DNA from: a virus
Taxonomy: Duplodnaviria > Heunggongvirae > Uroviricota > Caudoviricetes
Direction: 5' to 3' (one strand)
Virus record (IMG/VR): IMGVR_UViG_2513237219_000004
Coordinates: 1-38,856 of that record
Length of the DNA: 38,856 nucleotides
In this document: positions 9,053-17,457 of the stretch, piece after piece
Position numbering within the stretch: position 1 is the stretch's first letter
Layout: each line of letters begins with the position of its first letter
Translations under genes and position numbers: made by a program
The notes under the pieces: generated by a model
Seen by the model: the letters and a program-made list of their open reading frames with translations, nothing else
What the model was told of the DNA's origin: nothing
Databases searched by the model: none

Positions 9053-9295
9053 TTAATCAGCAATAAACTCTTCTGGTAATTTATCAACTATTTGATGACT
9101 TATTATCAGCCATTTGCCATCCTTCGTTTCGTATGCATATTTCTGGTCTTTTATCATCATGTGTTCAGCTACTGCCTTAACTGCCTGTTCGGTGACATCT
9201 TCTTTCTTTCCTACCCACATTCCTTTTTCAGTGTTTAATGTTCCTTGAAAAATACGACCGCTTAATGGGCTTGCGCCCATAGTTTTTACTCTCAT
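9053..9295 (-). CDS. Hypothetical protein
   Basis: 80-aa ORF between N and the early-left accessory genes. Confidence 0.55.
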   Translation of the reverse strand: MRVKTMGASPLSGRIFQGTLNTEKGMWVGKKEDVTEQAVKAVAEHMMIKDQKYAYETKDGKWLIISHQIVDKLPEEFIAD

Positions 9296-9305
9296 GTATC
9301 AGTCC

Positions 9306-9632
9306 TCAAATAAGTGGTTTGCTGCCTAATTTAATTTTCTGGCGACCAACACAAGTCACACCCATTTCACTGCGTGGCTTGCTGTACCATGTGCGCTGAT
9401 TCTTGCGCTCAATACGATGCAGGTTGCTTTCAATCTGTTCTTGGTATTCAGCCAGCACCGTAAGGTCTATCGGATTCAGTGCGCTTTCTACTCGTGATTT
9501 CGGTTTGCGATTCAGCGAGAGAATAGGGCGGTTAACTGGTTTTGCGCTTACCCCAACCAACAGGGGATTTGCTGCTTTCCATTGAGCCTGTTTCTCTGCG
9601 CGACGTTCGCGGCGGCGTGTTTGTGCATCCAT
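9306..9632 (-). CDS. N: Antitermination protein N (lambda type)
   Basis: Track ORF 9306..9722 trimmed to ATG at 9632 with AGGAGA RBS; 108 aa MDAQTRRRERRAEKQAQWKAANPLLVGV... matches lambda N arginine-rich motif and body. Confidence 0.9.
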   Translation of the reverse strand: MDAQTRRRERRAEKQAQWKAANPLLVGVSAKPVNRPILSLNRKPKSRVESALNPIDLTVLAEYQEQIESNLHRIERKNQRTWYSKPRSEMGVTCVGRQKIKLGSKPLI

Positions 9633-9742
9633 CTGGATTCTCCTGTCAGTTAGCTTTGAGTAACGCGCCGTGATGCTTATCTCCACGGTTGCTGTCTTGC
9701 AGCTGCATTTCGCGCTACTCAAAGCCTTCTGCTTTGAATGCT

Positions 9743-9773
9743 GCCCTTCTTCAGGGCTTAATTTTTAAGAGCA
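9743..9773 (-). promoter_or_regulatory. nutL: nutL (boxA + boxB) antitermination site
   Basis: Minus-strand reading GCTCTTAAAAATTAA + GCCCTGAAGAAGGGC, equal to lambda nutL boxA/boxB as recalled. Confidence 0.8.
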
Positions 9774-9814
9774 TCACCTTCATGGTGGTTAGTACGTCCT
9801 GCTGATGGCTTAAA

Positions 9815-9900
9815 ATATACCTACAGGTAAAAGTGTTGTCTATACCTGCAGGTAAATAAAATTGGTGTCAGAGTTTACCTGTTTGAATTTTCAGGTAATT
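9815..9900 (-). promoter_or_regulatory. OL/PL region with palindromic operator-like sites
   Basis: TACCTACAGGTA (9818..9829), perfect palindrome TACCTGCAGGTA (9843..9854), split TTACCTG-N9-CAGGTAA (9875..9897). Exact -35/-10 not resolved. Confidence 0.45.
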
Positions 9901-9916
9901 AATTTTTTGGATTGAT

Positions 9917-9941
9917 ATAAAAAAGCCCGCTTTGCGGGCTG
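9917..9941 (-). terminator. Intrinsic terminator after the cI operon (tImm-like)
   Basis: Hairpin GCCCGC-TTTG-GCGGGC (9925..9940) followed on minus strand by T6 (complement of A-run 9919..9924); 10 nt after stop of the 9952 gene. Confidence 0.55.
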
Positions 9942-9951
9942 AAAGGAGATG

Positions 9952-10248
9952 TCAGAAGCTATTTGGATTGCTTGGCCATTGCGGCAATTTTGATTCTACC
10001 GGGGTGTGTTTGGGTTTGAGTCCGTTTAAGTAGTCAAGACGCTCAATGGCGCATTTATACATAGCAATCTGATCTGATGACATGTCGTCATATGACATGC
10101 CTTTGAACTTCTTAATTATCGTTTCTGCCTCATGTATAAGATGCTTCTTCTTCATGAGTTCAGCTGTATGCTTAGAGCTTACAGGAGATAACTTTGCCCA
10201 TATGAAGCAGATGATTACAACAGCGACCACTATACCTGGTATAAACAT
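9952..10248 (-). CDS. Small single-pass membrane protein in rex slot, cotranscribed with repressor
   Basis: Track ORF 9952..10266 (TTG) with first ATG at 10248 (MFIPGIVVAVVIICFIW...); hydrophobic N-terminal helix; start abuts the repressor stop. Confidence 0.6.
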   Translation of the reverse strand: MFIPGIVVAVVIICFIWAKLSPVSSKHTAELMKKKHLIHEAETIIKKFKGMSYDDMSSDQIAMYKCAIERLDYLNGLKPKHTPVESKLPQWPSNPNSF

Positions 10249-10262
10249 TTGCTGCTTTATCC

Positions 10263-10784
10263 TCAAAATTTTGGCAGATCGTCCTGGTCTACGTACCTAG
10301 TGTGTTTCACAATAGCTGAAACAAAATGCATTTTATCAACTTCTTCAACAGGAAGAGTGATTGGACGGTGATCGCTGTTTATACTACTAAACTGATAGTC
10401 TCCGTCTCTTGTTTTGTTCATGATCTTTATCATGTTATGACCATCTTTGGTCCTTACAAAGACTTCATCACCTGGATGTACTGGCGTATTTGGTTCAATA
10501 ACAACATATTCTCCTGACTGAATCCTTGGCCACATGCTGTCACCCTTAACCTTCAGACCGTAAGCATCTTTATCGCCACTGTAGATGCTTAACCAACCGG
10601 ATCTGAATTCAATCATATCCACTGAGCCATCAACTCCCAAAACGGCTTCACCAATTACCGGAACAAAACCCGCACGAACGTTACCCGCAAACTCAAGATG
10701 GTCTGCAGATCCAACTTTGCTATCTGCAAGCATGTCCATCCATCCGCGTGGGAGATTAAAAGATTTTTCAATTAGTTCCATCAT
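10263..10784 (-). CDS. cI: S24 (LexA/CI-type) autopeptidase domain, C-terminal piece of CI-like repressor
   Basis: 173-aa ORF with GDSMWPRIQSGEYVVIE and GDEVFVRTKDG motifs; no HTH and no SD before its ATG; the frame stays open 36 codons upstream without a start. Confidence 0.75.
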   Translation of the reverse strand: MMELIEKSFNLPRGWMDMLADSKVGSADHLEFAGNVRAGFVPVIGEAVLGVDGSVDMIEFRSGWLSIYSGDKDAYGLKVKGDSMWPRIQSGEYVVIEPNTPVHPGDEVFVRTKDGHNMIKIMNKTRDGDYQFSSINSDHRPITLPVEEVDKMHFVSAIVKHTRYVDQDDLPKF

Positions 10785-10788
10785 ATCG

Positions 10789-10950
10789 TCAGCAATGCGT
10801 TTTTTTCCGTCTTTTTCCTTCCGGATACAGCATTCTGGAAACGTATGATGGTTCCCTTTCTATTCGACGAGCCAACTCTGAGGCCTTTCCATTACAGAAT
10901 CGGTCTCTTATCTCTATCAGCCTTAGTCGTCTTTGTTCGTATTTATCCAT
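10789..10950 (-). CDS. cI: HTH DNA-binding piece of CI-like repressor (53 codons, then TGA)
   Basis: Not in ORF track. Manual translation MDKYEQRRLRLIEIRDRFCNGKASELARRIEREPSYVSRMLYPEGKRRKKTHC; HTH-like GKASELARRIEREPSYVSRM; ATG 21 bp from an operator palindrome; ends in another frame just before the S24 ORF. Confidence 0.6.
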   Translation of the reverse strand: MDKYEQRRLRLIEIRDRFCNGKASELARRIEREPSYVSRMLYPEGKRRKKTHC

Positions 10951-10967
10951 GATTTAATTCTATCTTT

Positions 10968-11026
10968 GATTACCTATCGGTAAATAACCTGTGGGTATTG
11001 ATTTGTTTTTTACCTGCAGGTAAACT
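10968..11026. promoter_or_regulatory. OR region: operator palindromes with divergent PRM and PR
   Basis: TACCTATCGGTA (10971..10982), degenerate ACCTGTGGGT (10987..10996), TACCTGCAGGTA (11011..11022); PR candidate TTGATT-17-TAAACT (10998..11026); PRM candidate TTTACC/TAGAAT on minus strand. Confidence 0.5.
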
Positions 11027-11058
11027 CACCTTATTCAACAACGGGAAGGAGATAGCAA

Positions 11059-11289
11059 ATGGAAGAACTCCGCTTGTATCTGAACTCCCTTTCACTGGAA
11101 GAGCAGAGAGAATTTGCCACCAAGTGCGGAACTTCTATCGGCTATTTGAGGAAAGCACTTAGCCGTAATCATGAATTGGGCGCAGCACTTTGTGTTCTGA
11201 TTGAGAAGTTCAGCAATGGTGAAGTGACTCGCAAAGACCTTCATCCGGTTGATTGGGAAAGCATCTGGCCTGAATTAATGGCTGCTTAA
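11059..11289 (+). CDS. cro: Cro-like HTH regulator
   Basis: 76-aa ORF, AGGAG RBS, HTH-like CGTSIGYLRKALS; first gene rightward of OR. Not lambda Cro. Confidence 0.7.
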   Translation: MEELRLYLNSLSLEEQREFATKCGTSIGYLRKALSRNHELGAALCVLIEKFSNGEVTRKDLHPVDWESIWPELMAA

Positions 11290-11297
11290 GTTATCAA

Positions 11298-11329
11298 CGC
11301 TCTTACACATTCCAGCCCTGAAAAAGGGC
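11298..11329 (+). promoter_or_regulatory. nutR: nutR (boxA CGCTCTTA + boxB GCCCTGAAAAAGGGC)
   Basis: Matches lambda nutR as recalled; followed by lambda-like tR1/cII leader. Confidence 0.8.
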
Positions 11330-11408
11330 ATCAAATTAAACCACACCTATGGTGTATGCATTTATTTGCATACATTCAATCAATTGTTATCTAAGGAAAT
11401 ACTTACAT

Positions 11409-11705
11409 ATGGTTCGTGCAAACAAACGCAACGAGGCTCTACGAATCGAGAGTGCGTTGCTTAACAAAATCGCAATGCTTGGAACTGAGAAGACAGCGGA
11501 AGCTGTGGGAGTTGATAAGTCGCAGATCAGCAGGTGGAAGAGGGACTGGATTCCAAAGTTCTCAATGCTGCTTGCTGTTCTTGAATGGGGTGTCGTCGAC
11601 GACGACATGGCTCGATTGGCACGACAAGTTGCTTCGATTCTCACCAATAAAAAACGCCCGGTGTGCAAGACCGAGCGTTCTGATCAAATACAAATGGAAT
11701 TTTAA
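11409..11705 (+). CDS. cII: CII transcriptional activator (lambda type)
   Basis: Track ORF 11349..11705 trimmed to ATG 11409 after AAGGAA; MVRANKRNEALRIESALLNKIAMLGTEKTAEAVGVDKSQISRWKRDWIPKF... matches lambda CII; TTGC-N6-TTGC PRE motif sits in its 5' end on the opposite strand. Confidence 0.9.
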   Translation: MVRANKRNEALRIESALLNKIAMLGTEKTAEAVGVDKSQISRWKRDWIPKFSMLLAVLEWGVVDDDMARLARQVASILTNKKRPVCKTERSDQIQMEF

Positions 11706-11727
11706 CAACATCCAACGAGGTAATTAT

Positions 11728-12000
11728 ATGCGAAACAAAGGCTTTAATCCACCTGATACACACAAAGAAGCTAAGCGTTTGCGCTTCCTTCGTTCCATTG
11801 ATGAAAGAACTCAAATCTCTTTTGTGAAAGTTGCCAGAACTGAGCTTCTGAAGGCTGAGGCGAGGGCGTTGCTCCCGTCTCTACCAAAAGAGGAGGGATA
11901 TACGTTCATTCCAAACGCATTTCTGGAAAAGCTGCTCAAAGAAGACATATCCGTAAGTCAGTTTAACGATGTTCTTAAGGTCTTTCGTCAAGGCAGGTAG
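11728..12000 (+). CDS. Hypothetical protein between cII and replication genes
   Basis: Internal ATG of track ORF 11416..12000 with GAGG RBS; 90 aa MRNKGFNPPDTHKEAKRLRF... Confidence 0.5.
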   Translation: MRNKGFNPPDTHKEAKRLRFLRSIDERTQISFVKVARTELLKAEARALLPSLPKEEGYTFIPNAFLEKLLKEDISVSQFNDVLKVFRQGR

Positions 12001-12002
12001 TT

Positions 12003-12950
12003 ATGAGCAATACAGCAAAAATCTACGATTTCAGCGCCGCACACGAGCGCAGGAGCAACAGGATGGAGAACCAGAAAACTGGTTACATTCCGTTGTACCG
12101 GAGCATTCTGAAACAGTCATGGGCGAAAGATGTTTATCTTCGCACCCTGTGGGAAAACCTTCTCCTGAATGCCGCCAGAAAGCCATACAAAGCGAATTTC
12201 AAAGGTCATGAATGGCATCTGCAACCCGGTCAACTGGTTGTGACAGCAGCTGATTTAGGTCTTCAGTTATGCGACAGGCATGGCAAGCCAGCAAGCCGTG
12301 ATCAGGTTGAGCGGATGCTTCAGGTTTTTGTGAAAGAGGGGATGATCTCCATTGATGGAGAGAAGCAAAAAGGTCGTGTGATCACCATCACAAATTACCA
12401 TGAATATGCTCAAAAAATGGACAATTCACCCGCACATGAAGCCGCACAAACAACCGCACATGACGCCGCACATGATGAAGCCAGTAATGGCGCGGCTTTC
12501 AGCGTACATGCCGCACATGAAAGCGCACATGAAGCCGCACAAACAACCGCACATCATGAACAAGAAGGTATTAACAAGAATATAAATAATACCCCCCTAC
12601 CCCCCAATGGGGGAGGCGATGGGCAGGTTAAACCTGAACGTCGCAAGGCAGAACGAATCGACTACGAATCCTTCCTGAACGCCTACAACACCGAAGTCGG
12701 TGACAGACTTCCACATGCTGTTGCGGTCAACGAGAAACGCAAACGCCGCCTGAAGAAAATCATCCCGCAACTGAAAACGCCAAACGTGGACGGTTTCAGA
12801 GCGTATGTCAGGGCGTTTGTGCATCAGGCCAAGCCGTTTTACTTCGGAGACAACGACACGGGCTGGACGGCAGATTTTGATTACCTGCTGAGGGAAGATT
12901 CGTTAATGGGAGTACGGGAAGGGAAGTTTGCAGACAGGGGGATTGCATGA
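12003..12950 (+). CDS. Replication initiator (O-like) containing internal origin iterons
   Basis: 315-aa ORF in O position; central low-complexity [10 protein letters not shown] repeats encoded by DNA iterons. Confidence 0.7.
   Translation: MSNTAKIYDFSAAHERRSNRMENQKTGYIPLYRSILKQSWAKDVYLRTLWENLLLNAARKPYKANFKGHEWHLQPGQLVVTAADLGLQLCDRHGKPASRDQVERMLQVFVKEGMISIDGEKQKGRVITITNYHEYAQKMDNSPAHEAAQTTAHDAAHDEASNGAAFSVHAAHESAHEAAQTTAHHEQEGINKNINNTPLPPNGGGDGQVKPERRKAERIDYESFLNAYNTEVGDRLPHAVAVNEKRKRRLKKIIPQLKTPNVDGFRAYVRAFVHQAKPFYFGDNDTGWTADFDYLLREDSLMGVREGKFADRGIA
12425..12612. repeat. Candidate origin: CCGCACATGA-type iterons, AT-rich block, C5/G5 palindrome
   Basis: At least six copies of (G/A)CCGCACATGA and a 27-bp direct repeat (12435..12461 and 12528..12554), then AT-rich 12557..12591 and CCCCCCTACCCCCCAATGGGGG. 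Confidence 0.6.
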
Positions 12951-14323
12951 AACAGGATATCGAAGCGAGCGTTATCGGTGGCTTGCTGATTGGTGGATTA
13001 ACACCAACTGCCAGTGACGTTCTGGCAACGCTGGAGCCGGAAGCGTTTTCAATTCCGCTCTACCGGAAAGCCTTCGAGGTTATCCGCAAGCAGGCGAGAA
13101 ACAGAAACCTAATCGACGCGCTGATGGTTGCCGAGGCGTGCGGAGAGGAGCATTTCACGTCAATCCTGATGACCAGCAAAAACTGCCCGAGTGCCGCAAA
13201 CCTGAAGGGATATGCCGGAATGGTCGCGGATAACTATCACCGCCGTCTGGTGCTGGAAATCATGGATGAAATGCGTGAACCAATTCAGAGCGGAACCATC
13301 GACGCATCGAGTCAGGCGATGGATGAACTTGTAAAGCGTCTTTCAGCCATCAGAAAGCCACGTGACGAGGTTAAACCTGTACGGTTAGGGGAAATCATCA
13401 CCGACTACACTGACACGCTTGACAGGCGTCTGAGGAACGGAGAAGAGTCAGATACCCTGAAGACCGGAATCGAAGAACTTGATGCCATCACCGGAGGGAT
13501 GAACGCAGAAGACCTTGTGATAATCGCTGCTCGTCCTGGTATGGGGAAAACCGAACTGGCGCTGAAGATTGCCGAAGGCGTTGCAAGCCGCGTTATTCCT
13601 GGTTCTGACGTCCGGCGCGGAGTGTTGATTTTCTCGATGGAAATGAGCGCATTGCAGATTGCAGAGCGAAGCATTGCCAACGCCGGGAGGATGCCGGTTA
13701 GCGTGCTGCGAAATCCTGCTTCGATGGATGACGAAGGCTGGGCGCGCGTTGCTAACGGCATGAGTCAGCTTGCAGATTTGGATGTATGGGTAGTCGATGC
13801 CTCGCGGTTATCGGTCGAAGAAATACGCTCAATCGCAGAACGGCACAAACAGGAAAATCCAAACCTGTCACTCATCATGGTGGATTATCTTGGCCTGATT
13901 GAGAAGCCGAAAGCAGATCGCAACGACCTCGCAATTGCTCAAATCTCCGGAAGCCTGAAGGCGATGGCGAAAGACCTGAAAACGCCTGTTATCTCCCTAA
14001 GTCAGCTTTCGCGCGATGTTGAGAAGCGACCAAACAAACGCCCGACAAACGCAGATTTGCGTGATTCAGGAAGCATTGAACAGGACGCAGACTCAATCAT
14101 CATGCTCTATCGGGAAGCGGTATATGACGAGAACAGTAGCGCCGCGCCATTTGCTGAAATCATTGTGACAAAAAACCGTTTTGGCTCACTTGGTACGGTT
14201 TACCAGCGGTTCTGCAACGGACACTTTGTTGCATGTGACCAGGATGAAGCCAGACAGATTTGCACAACATCAAATGCACCCGCTGCACGTGGCAGACGAT
14301 ATGCACAAGGGGCTGACGTATGA
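12947..14323 (+). CDS. DnaB-type replicative helicase
   Basis: 458-aa ORF with Walker A (GMGKT), overlapping stop of the initiator gene; recalled as P22 gene 12 type. Confidence 0.85.
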   Translation: MKQDIEASVIGGLLIGGLTPTASDVLATLEPEAFSIPLYRKAFEVIRKQARNRNLIDALMVAEACGEEHFTSILMTSKNCPSAANLKGYAGMVADNYHRRLVLEIMDEMREPIQSGTIDASSQAMDELVKRLSAIRKPRDEVKPVRLGEIITDYTDTLDRRLRNGEESDTLKTGIEELDAITGGMNAEDLVIIAARPGMGKTELALKIAEGVASRVIPGSDVRRGVLIFSMEMSALQIAERSIANAGRMPVSVLRNPASMDDEGWARVANGMSQLADLDVWVVDASRLSVEEIRSIAERHKQENPNLSLIMVDYLGLIEKPKADRNDLAIAQISGSLKAMAKDLKTPVISLSQLSRDVEKRPNKRPTNADLRDSGSIEQDADSIIMLYREAVYDENSSAAPFAEIIVTKNRFGSLGTVYQRFCNGHFVACDQDEARQICTTSNAPAARGRRYAQGADV

Positions 14324-14350
14324 CCGTCTACATCACTGAGATAATAACAG

Positions 14351-14378
14351 GGGCTATTTACACAGTAGCCCTTTTTTA
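14351..14378 (+). terminator. Intrinsic terminator (tR2-like) before the nin region
   Basis: Hairpin GGGCTA-loop-TAGCCC followed by TTTTTTATT. Confidence 0.6.
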
Positions 14379-14404
14379 TTGGATTAAGAACGAGGGGGAT
14401 CCTG

Positions 14405-14617
14405 ATGGACACCGTTAACGGAATGTGTTCAGACGCACCGCGTGCCAAAAAATGTAAATGCGGAAAATCACCGACAATATTCGACATGGAGAACGGGTGC
14501 CAAATCTACTGCGCTAACCACGCCGCTGTGGCGGCCGCGAATTATCGCAGTGCGGTAACGGAGTGGAATAACCTGAAATCTGTTAGAGAGGGAAGTCATG
14601 AAAAAACTAACCTTTGA
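14405..14617 (+). CDS. Small Cys-rich protein (nin-region)
   Basis: 70-aa ORF, GAGGGGGAT RBS, four Cys in pairs. Confidence 0.5.
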   Translation: MDTVNGMCSDAPRAKKCKCGKSPTIFDMENGCQIYCANHAAVAAANYRSAVTEWNNLKSVREGSHEKTNL

Positions 14618-15038
14618 AATTCGATCTCCAGCACATCAGCAAAACGCTATTCACGCAGTACAGCAAATCCTTCCAGACCCAACCAAACCAATCGTAGTAA
14701 CCATTCAGGAACGCAACCGCAGCTTAGACCAAAACAGGAAGCTATGGGCCTGCTTAGGTGACGTCTCTCGTCAGGTTGAATGGCATGGTCGCTGGCTGGA
14801 TGCAGAAAGCTGGAAGTGTGTGTTTACCGCAGCATTAAAGCAGCAGGATGTTGTTCCTAACCTTGCCGGGAATGGCTTTGTGGTAATAGGCCAGTCAACC
14901 AGCAGGATGCGTGTAAGCGAATTTGCGGAGCTATTAGAGCTTATACAGGCATTCGGTACAGAGCGTGGCGTTAAGTGGTCAGACGAAGCGCGACTGGCTC
15001 TGGAGTGGAAAGCGCGATGGGGAGATCGGGCTGCATGA
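14598..15038 (+). CDS. ninB: NinB (Orf-family recombination protein)
   Basis: 146 aa MKKLTFEIRSPAHQQNAIHAVQQILPDPTKPIVVTIQERNRSLDQNRKLW... near-identical to lambda NinB as recalled. Confidence 0.9.
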   Translation: MKKLTFEIRSPAHQQNAIHAVQQILPDPTKPIVVTIQERNRSLDQNRKLWACLGDVSRQVEWHGRWLDAESWKCVFTAALKQQDVVPNLAGNGFVVIGQSTSRMRVSEFAELLELIQAFGTERGVKWSDEARLALEWKARWGDRAA

Positions 15039-15562
15039 CTATCAAATCAAATACGCCAGCACACGACAAGGACTGCTGGCAAACGCCGCTTTGGCTTTTT
15101 GATGCACTGGATATTGAGTTTGGATTCTGGCTGGATTCGGCAGCGAGCGACAAAAATGCTCTGTGTGCTCACTGGCTAACTGAGGCCGACGACGCGCTCA
15201 ATTCTGAGTGGGTAAGCCACGGTGCAATCTGGAATAACCCACCGTACAGCAATATCAGGCCGTGGGTGGAAAAAGCCGCTGAGCAGTGCATAGAACAGCG
15301 ACAGACGGTAGTTATGCTTGTGCCAGAGGATATGTCAGTCGGATGGTTCAGCAAGGCTCTGGAGAGTGTCGACGAAGTTCGCATTATCACTGATGGACGG
15401 ATTAATTTTATCGAACCATCGACAGGGCTGGAGAAGAAGGGAAACAGCAAAGGCTCCATGCTGCTGATTTGGCGACCGTTCATCAGTCCTCGACGGATGT
15501 TTACTACCGTATCCAAAGCGGCATTGATGGCGATCGGGCAGGGCGTCAGGATGGCGGCATGA
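15035..15562 (+). CDS. Phage DNA N6-adenine methyltransferase
   Basis: Internal ATG overlapping ninB stop; NPPYS motif; family recalled from lambdoid nin regions. Confidence 0.75.
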   Translation: MTIKSNTPAHDKDCWQTPLWLFDALDIEFGFWLDSAASDKNALCAHWLTEADDALNSEWVSHGAIWNNPPYSNIRPWVEKAAEQCIEQRQTVVMLVPEDMSVGWFSKALESVDEVRIITDGRINFIEPSTGLEKKGNSKGSMLLIWRPFISPRRMFTTVSKAALMAIGQGVRMAA

Positions 15563-15741
15563 GACGACAGCGACGAAGTATCACCGACATAATCTGTGAA
15601 AACTGCAAATACCTTCCAACGAAACGCTCCAGAAATAAACGCAAGTCAATCCCAAAAGAATCTGACGTAAAAACATTCAACTACACGGCTCACCTGTGGG
15701 ATATCCGGTGGCTAAGACATCGTGCGAGGAATACAAGGTGA
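15559..15741 (+). CDS. ninE: NinE
   Basis: 60 aa [60 protein letters not shown] matches lambda NinE; ATGA overlap with upstream stop. Confidence 0.8.
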   Translation: MRRQRRSITDIICENCKYLPTKRSRNKRKSIPKESDVKTFNYTAHLWDIRWLRHRARNTR

Positions 15742-15908
15742 TTGACCCAAATCGAAGTTACGAACAAGAAAGCGTCGAGCGGGCTTTAACGTGTGCTAAC
15801 TGCGGTCAGAAGCTGCATGTGCTGGAAGTTCACGTGTGTGAGCACTGCTGCGCAGAACTGATGAGCGATCCGAATAGCTCAATGTACGAGGAAGAAGACG
15901 ATGAATGA
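15738..15908 (+). CDS. ninF: NinF
   Basis: GTG start after GAGGAA inside track ORF 15696..15908; ...[42 protein letters not shown] matches lambda NinF. Confidence 0.7.
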   Translation: MIDPNRSYEQESVERALTCANCGQKLHVLEVHVCEHCCAELMSDPNSSMYEEEDDE

Positions 15909-16623
15909 GTTAATAAATGGCAATGCCATCAAAATGACAAGCATTGAAATCGCTGAGTTGGTGAGTAAGCGTCATGACAATGTGAAACGTACCATCGAAA
16001 CGCTGGCTAAAAATGGTGTTATCCGGCTTCCTCAGATTGAGGTTTCCGAAAGAATCAATAACTTAGGGTTCAATGTTCAGTACGAGCATTACGTCTTCGA
16101 AGGCGAACAAGGTAAGCGAGATAGTATTGTTGTTGTTGCCCAGTTGTCGCCGGAATTCACCGCTCGTCTTGTTGACCGTTGGCGAGAGCTTGAAGAAGCT
16201 GCGGTTAATATCCCCAAAACGCTACCAGAAGCGTTGCGCCTTGCTGCTGACCTTGCTGAGCAGAAAATGCAACTGGAAAACCAGCTCGCAATTGCCGCAC
16301 CTAAAGTTGAGTTTGCCGATCGTGTTGGCGAGGCCAGCGGAATTTTGATTGGAAACTATGCAAAGGTTGTTGGTATTGGTCCAAACAAACTGTTTGCATG
16401 GATGCGCGATCACAAAATCCTTATTGCTTCAGGTTCCCGGCGCAATGTGCCAATGCAGGAATATATGGATCGCGGCTATTTCACAGTGAAAGAAACAGCG
16501 GTCAATACAAATCACGGAATACAGATATCGTTCACCACAAAAATCACCGGGCGTGGTCAACAGTGGCTGACCAGAAAGCTGCTCGATAACGGAATGCTGA
16601 AAGTAACAGGGGAGGCTGCTTAA
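15901..16623 (+). CDS. rha: Rha-family phage regulatory protein / antirepressor
   Basis: 240-aa ORF; N-terminal TSIEIAELVSKRHDNVKRTIETL typical of Rha family by recall. Confidence 0.65.
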   Translation: MNELINGNAIKMTSIEIAELVSKRHDNVKRTIETLAKNGVIRLPQIEVSERINNLGFNVQYEHYVFEGEQGKRDSIVVVAQLSPEFTARLVDRWRELEEAAVNIPKTLPEALRLAADLAEQKMQLENQLAIAAPKVEFADRVGEASGILIGNYAKVVGIGPNKLFAWMRDHKILIASGSRRNVPMQEYMDRGYFTVKETAVNTNHGIQISFTTKITGRGQQWLTRKLLDNGMLKVTGEAA

Positions 16624-16913
16624 TGGCTAACCTACGCAAAGAAGCGCGAGGCAGAGCATGCCAGGTACGTATTTACGGCATATGCAATGGCAACCCTGAA
16701 ACTACAGTTCTGGCACATTACAGGATGGCTGGAATTTGCGGAACGGGAATGAAGCCTGACGACCTGATCGGTGCATGGGCTTGTAGTGACTGCCACGCGG
16801 AGATCGACCGACGCACAATGATTCTCGACAACAAAGACGCCAGACTTTACCACCTCGAAGGCGTGATCAGGACGCAGGCGATACTGCTGAAGGAGGGGAA
16901 GATTAAGTCATGA
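16623..16913 (+). CDS. YbcO-like (DUF1364) Cys-rich putative nuclease
   Basis: 96 aa with conserved Cys/His pattern (CQVRIYGICNG...CSDCH) recalled from DLP12 YbcO. Confidence 0.65.
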   Translation: MANLRKEARGRACQVRIYGICNGNPETTVLAHYRMAGICGTGMKPDDLIGAWACSDCHAEIDRRTMILDNKDARLYHLEGVIRTQAILLKEGKIKS

Positions 16914-17272
16914 ACGAATATCAGTTTGTGCTTCCATACCCGCCGTCGGTGAATACCTACTGGCGAAGACGGGGAAGCCAATACTACATCAGCGATAAAG
17001 GCCAGAAATACCGAAAAGACGTTCAGCAAATCATCCGCCAACTCAAGTTAGACATTTTCACCAAATCACGACTCCGCATCAAAGTCATCGCAGACGTTCC
17101 AGACTCCCGCCGCCGCGACCTCGATAACATCCTGAAAGGTTTACTCGACTCCCTTATCCACGCCGGATTTGCGGAAGACGACGAGCAATTCGATGACATT
17201 CGCGTAATTCGTGGTGTGAAAGTACCAGGCGGACAGCTTGGAATAAAAATCACCGAACTGGAGAACGCATGA
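16910..17272 (+). CDS. rusA: RusA Holliday-junction resolvase
   Basis: 120 aa; LPYPPSVNTYW and DSRRRDLDNILK motifs match RusA. Confidence 0.85.
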   Translation: MNEYQFVLPYPPSVNTYWRRRGSQYYISDKGQKYRKDVQQIIRQLKLDIFTKSRLRIKVIADVPDSRRRDLDNILKGLLDSLIHAGFAEDDEQFDDIRVIRGVKVPGGQLGIKITELENA

Positions 17273-17457
17273 ACGCCACAATTCAAACGATACCAGAGCT
17301 TCTTATCCAGACACGAGGCAATCAGACCGAAGTGGCAAGGATGCTTTCCTGCGCAAGAGGAACAGTGCTCAAGTACAACCGAGACAACAAAGGCGAGCGT
17401 CACGTAATAGTTAACGGCGTCCTGATGGTCAAACAGGGCAAGAGGGGAAGACCATGA
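17269..17457 (+). CDS. ninH: NinH
   Basis: 62 aa; GNQTEVARMLSCARGTVLKY matches lambda NinH HTH. Confidence 0.8.
   Translation: MNATIQTIPELLIQTRGNQTEVARMLSCARGTVLKYNRDNKGERHVIVNGVLMVKQGKRGRP

Noticed and set aside
11416-11727. N-terminal part of the 194-aa track ORF
   Set aside because: Overlaps cII in another frame; only the 3' part from the ATG at 11728 with an RBS is plausible.
12400-12585. 61-aa His/Pro/Lys-rich ORF
   Set aside because: Frame artifact of the origin iterons inside the initiator gene.
13405-13761. 118-aa ORF on the minus strand
   Set aside because: Antisense inside the DnaB-type helicase gene.
17023-17403. 126-aa minus-strand ORF
   Set aside because: Antisense across rusA and ninH, both confidently identified.
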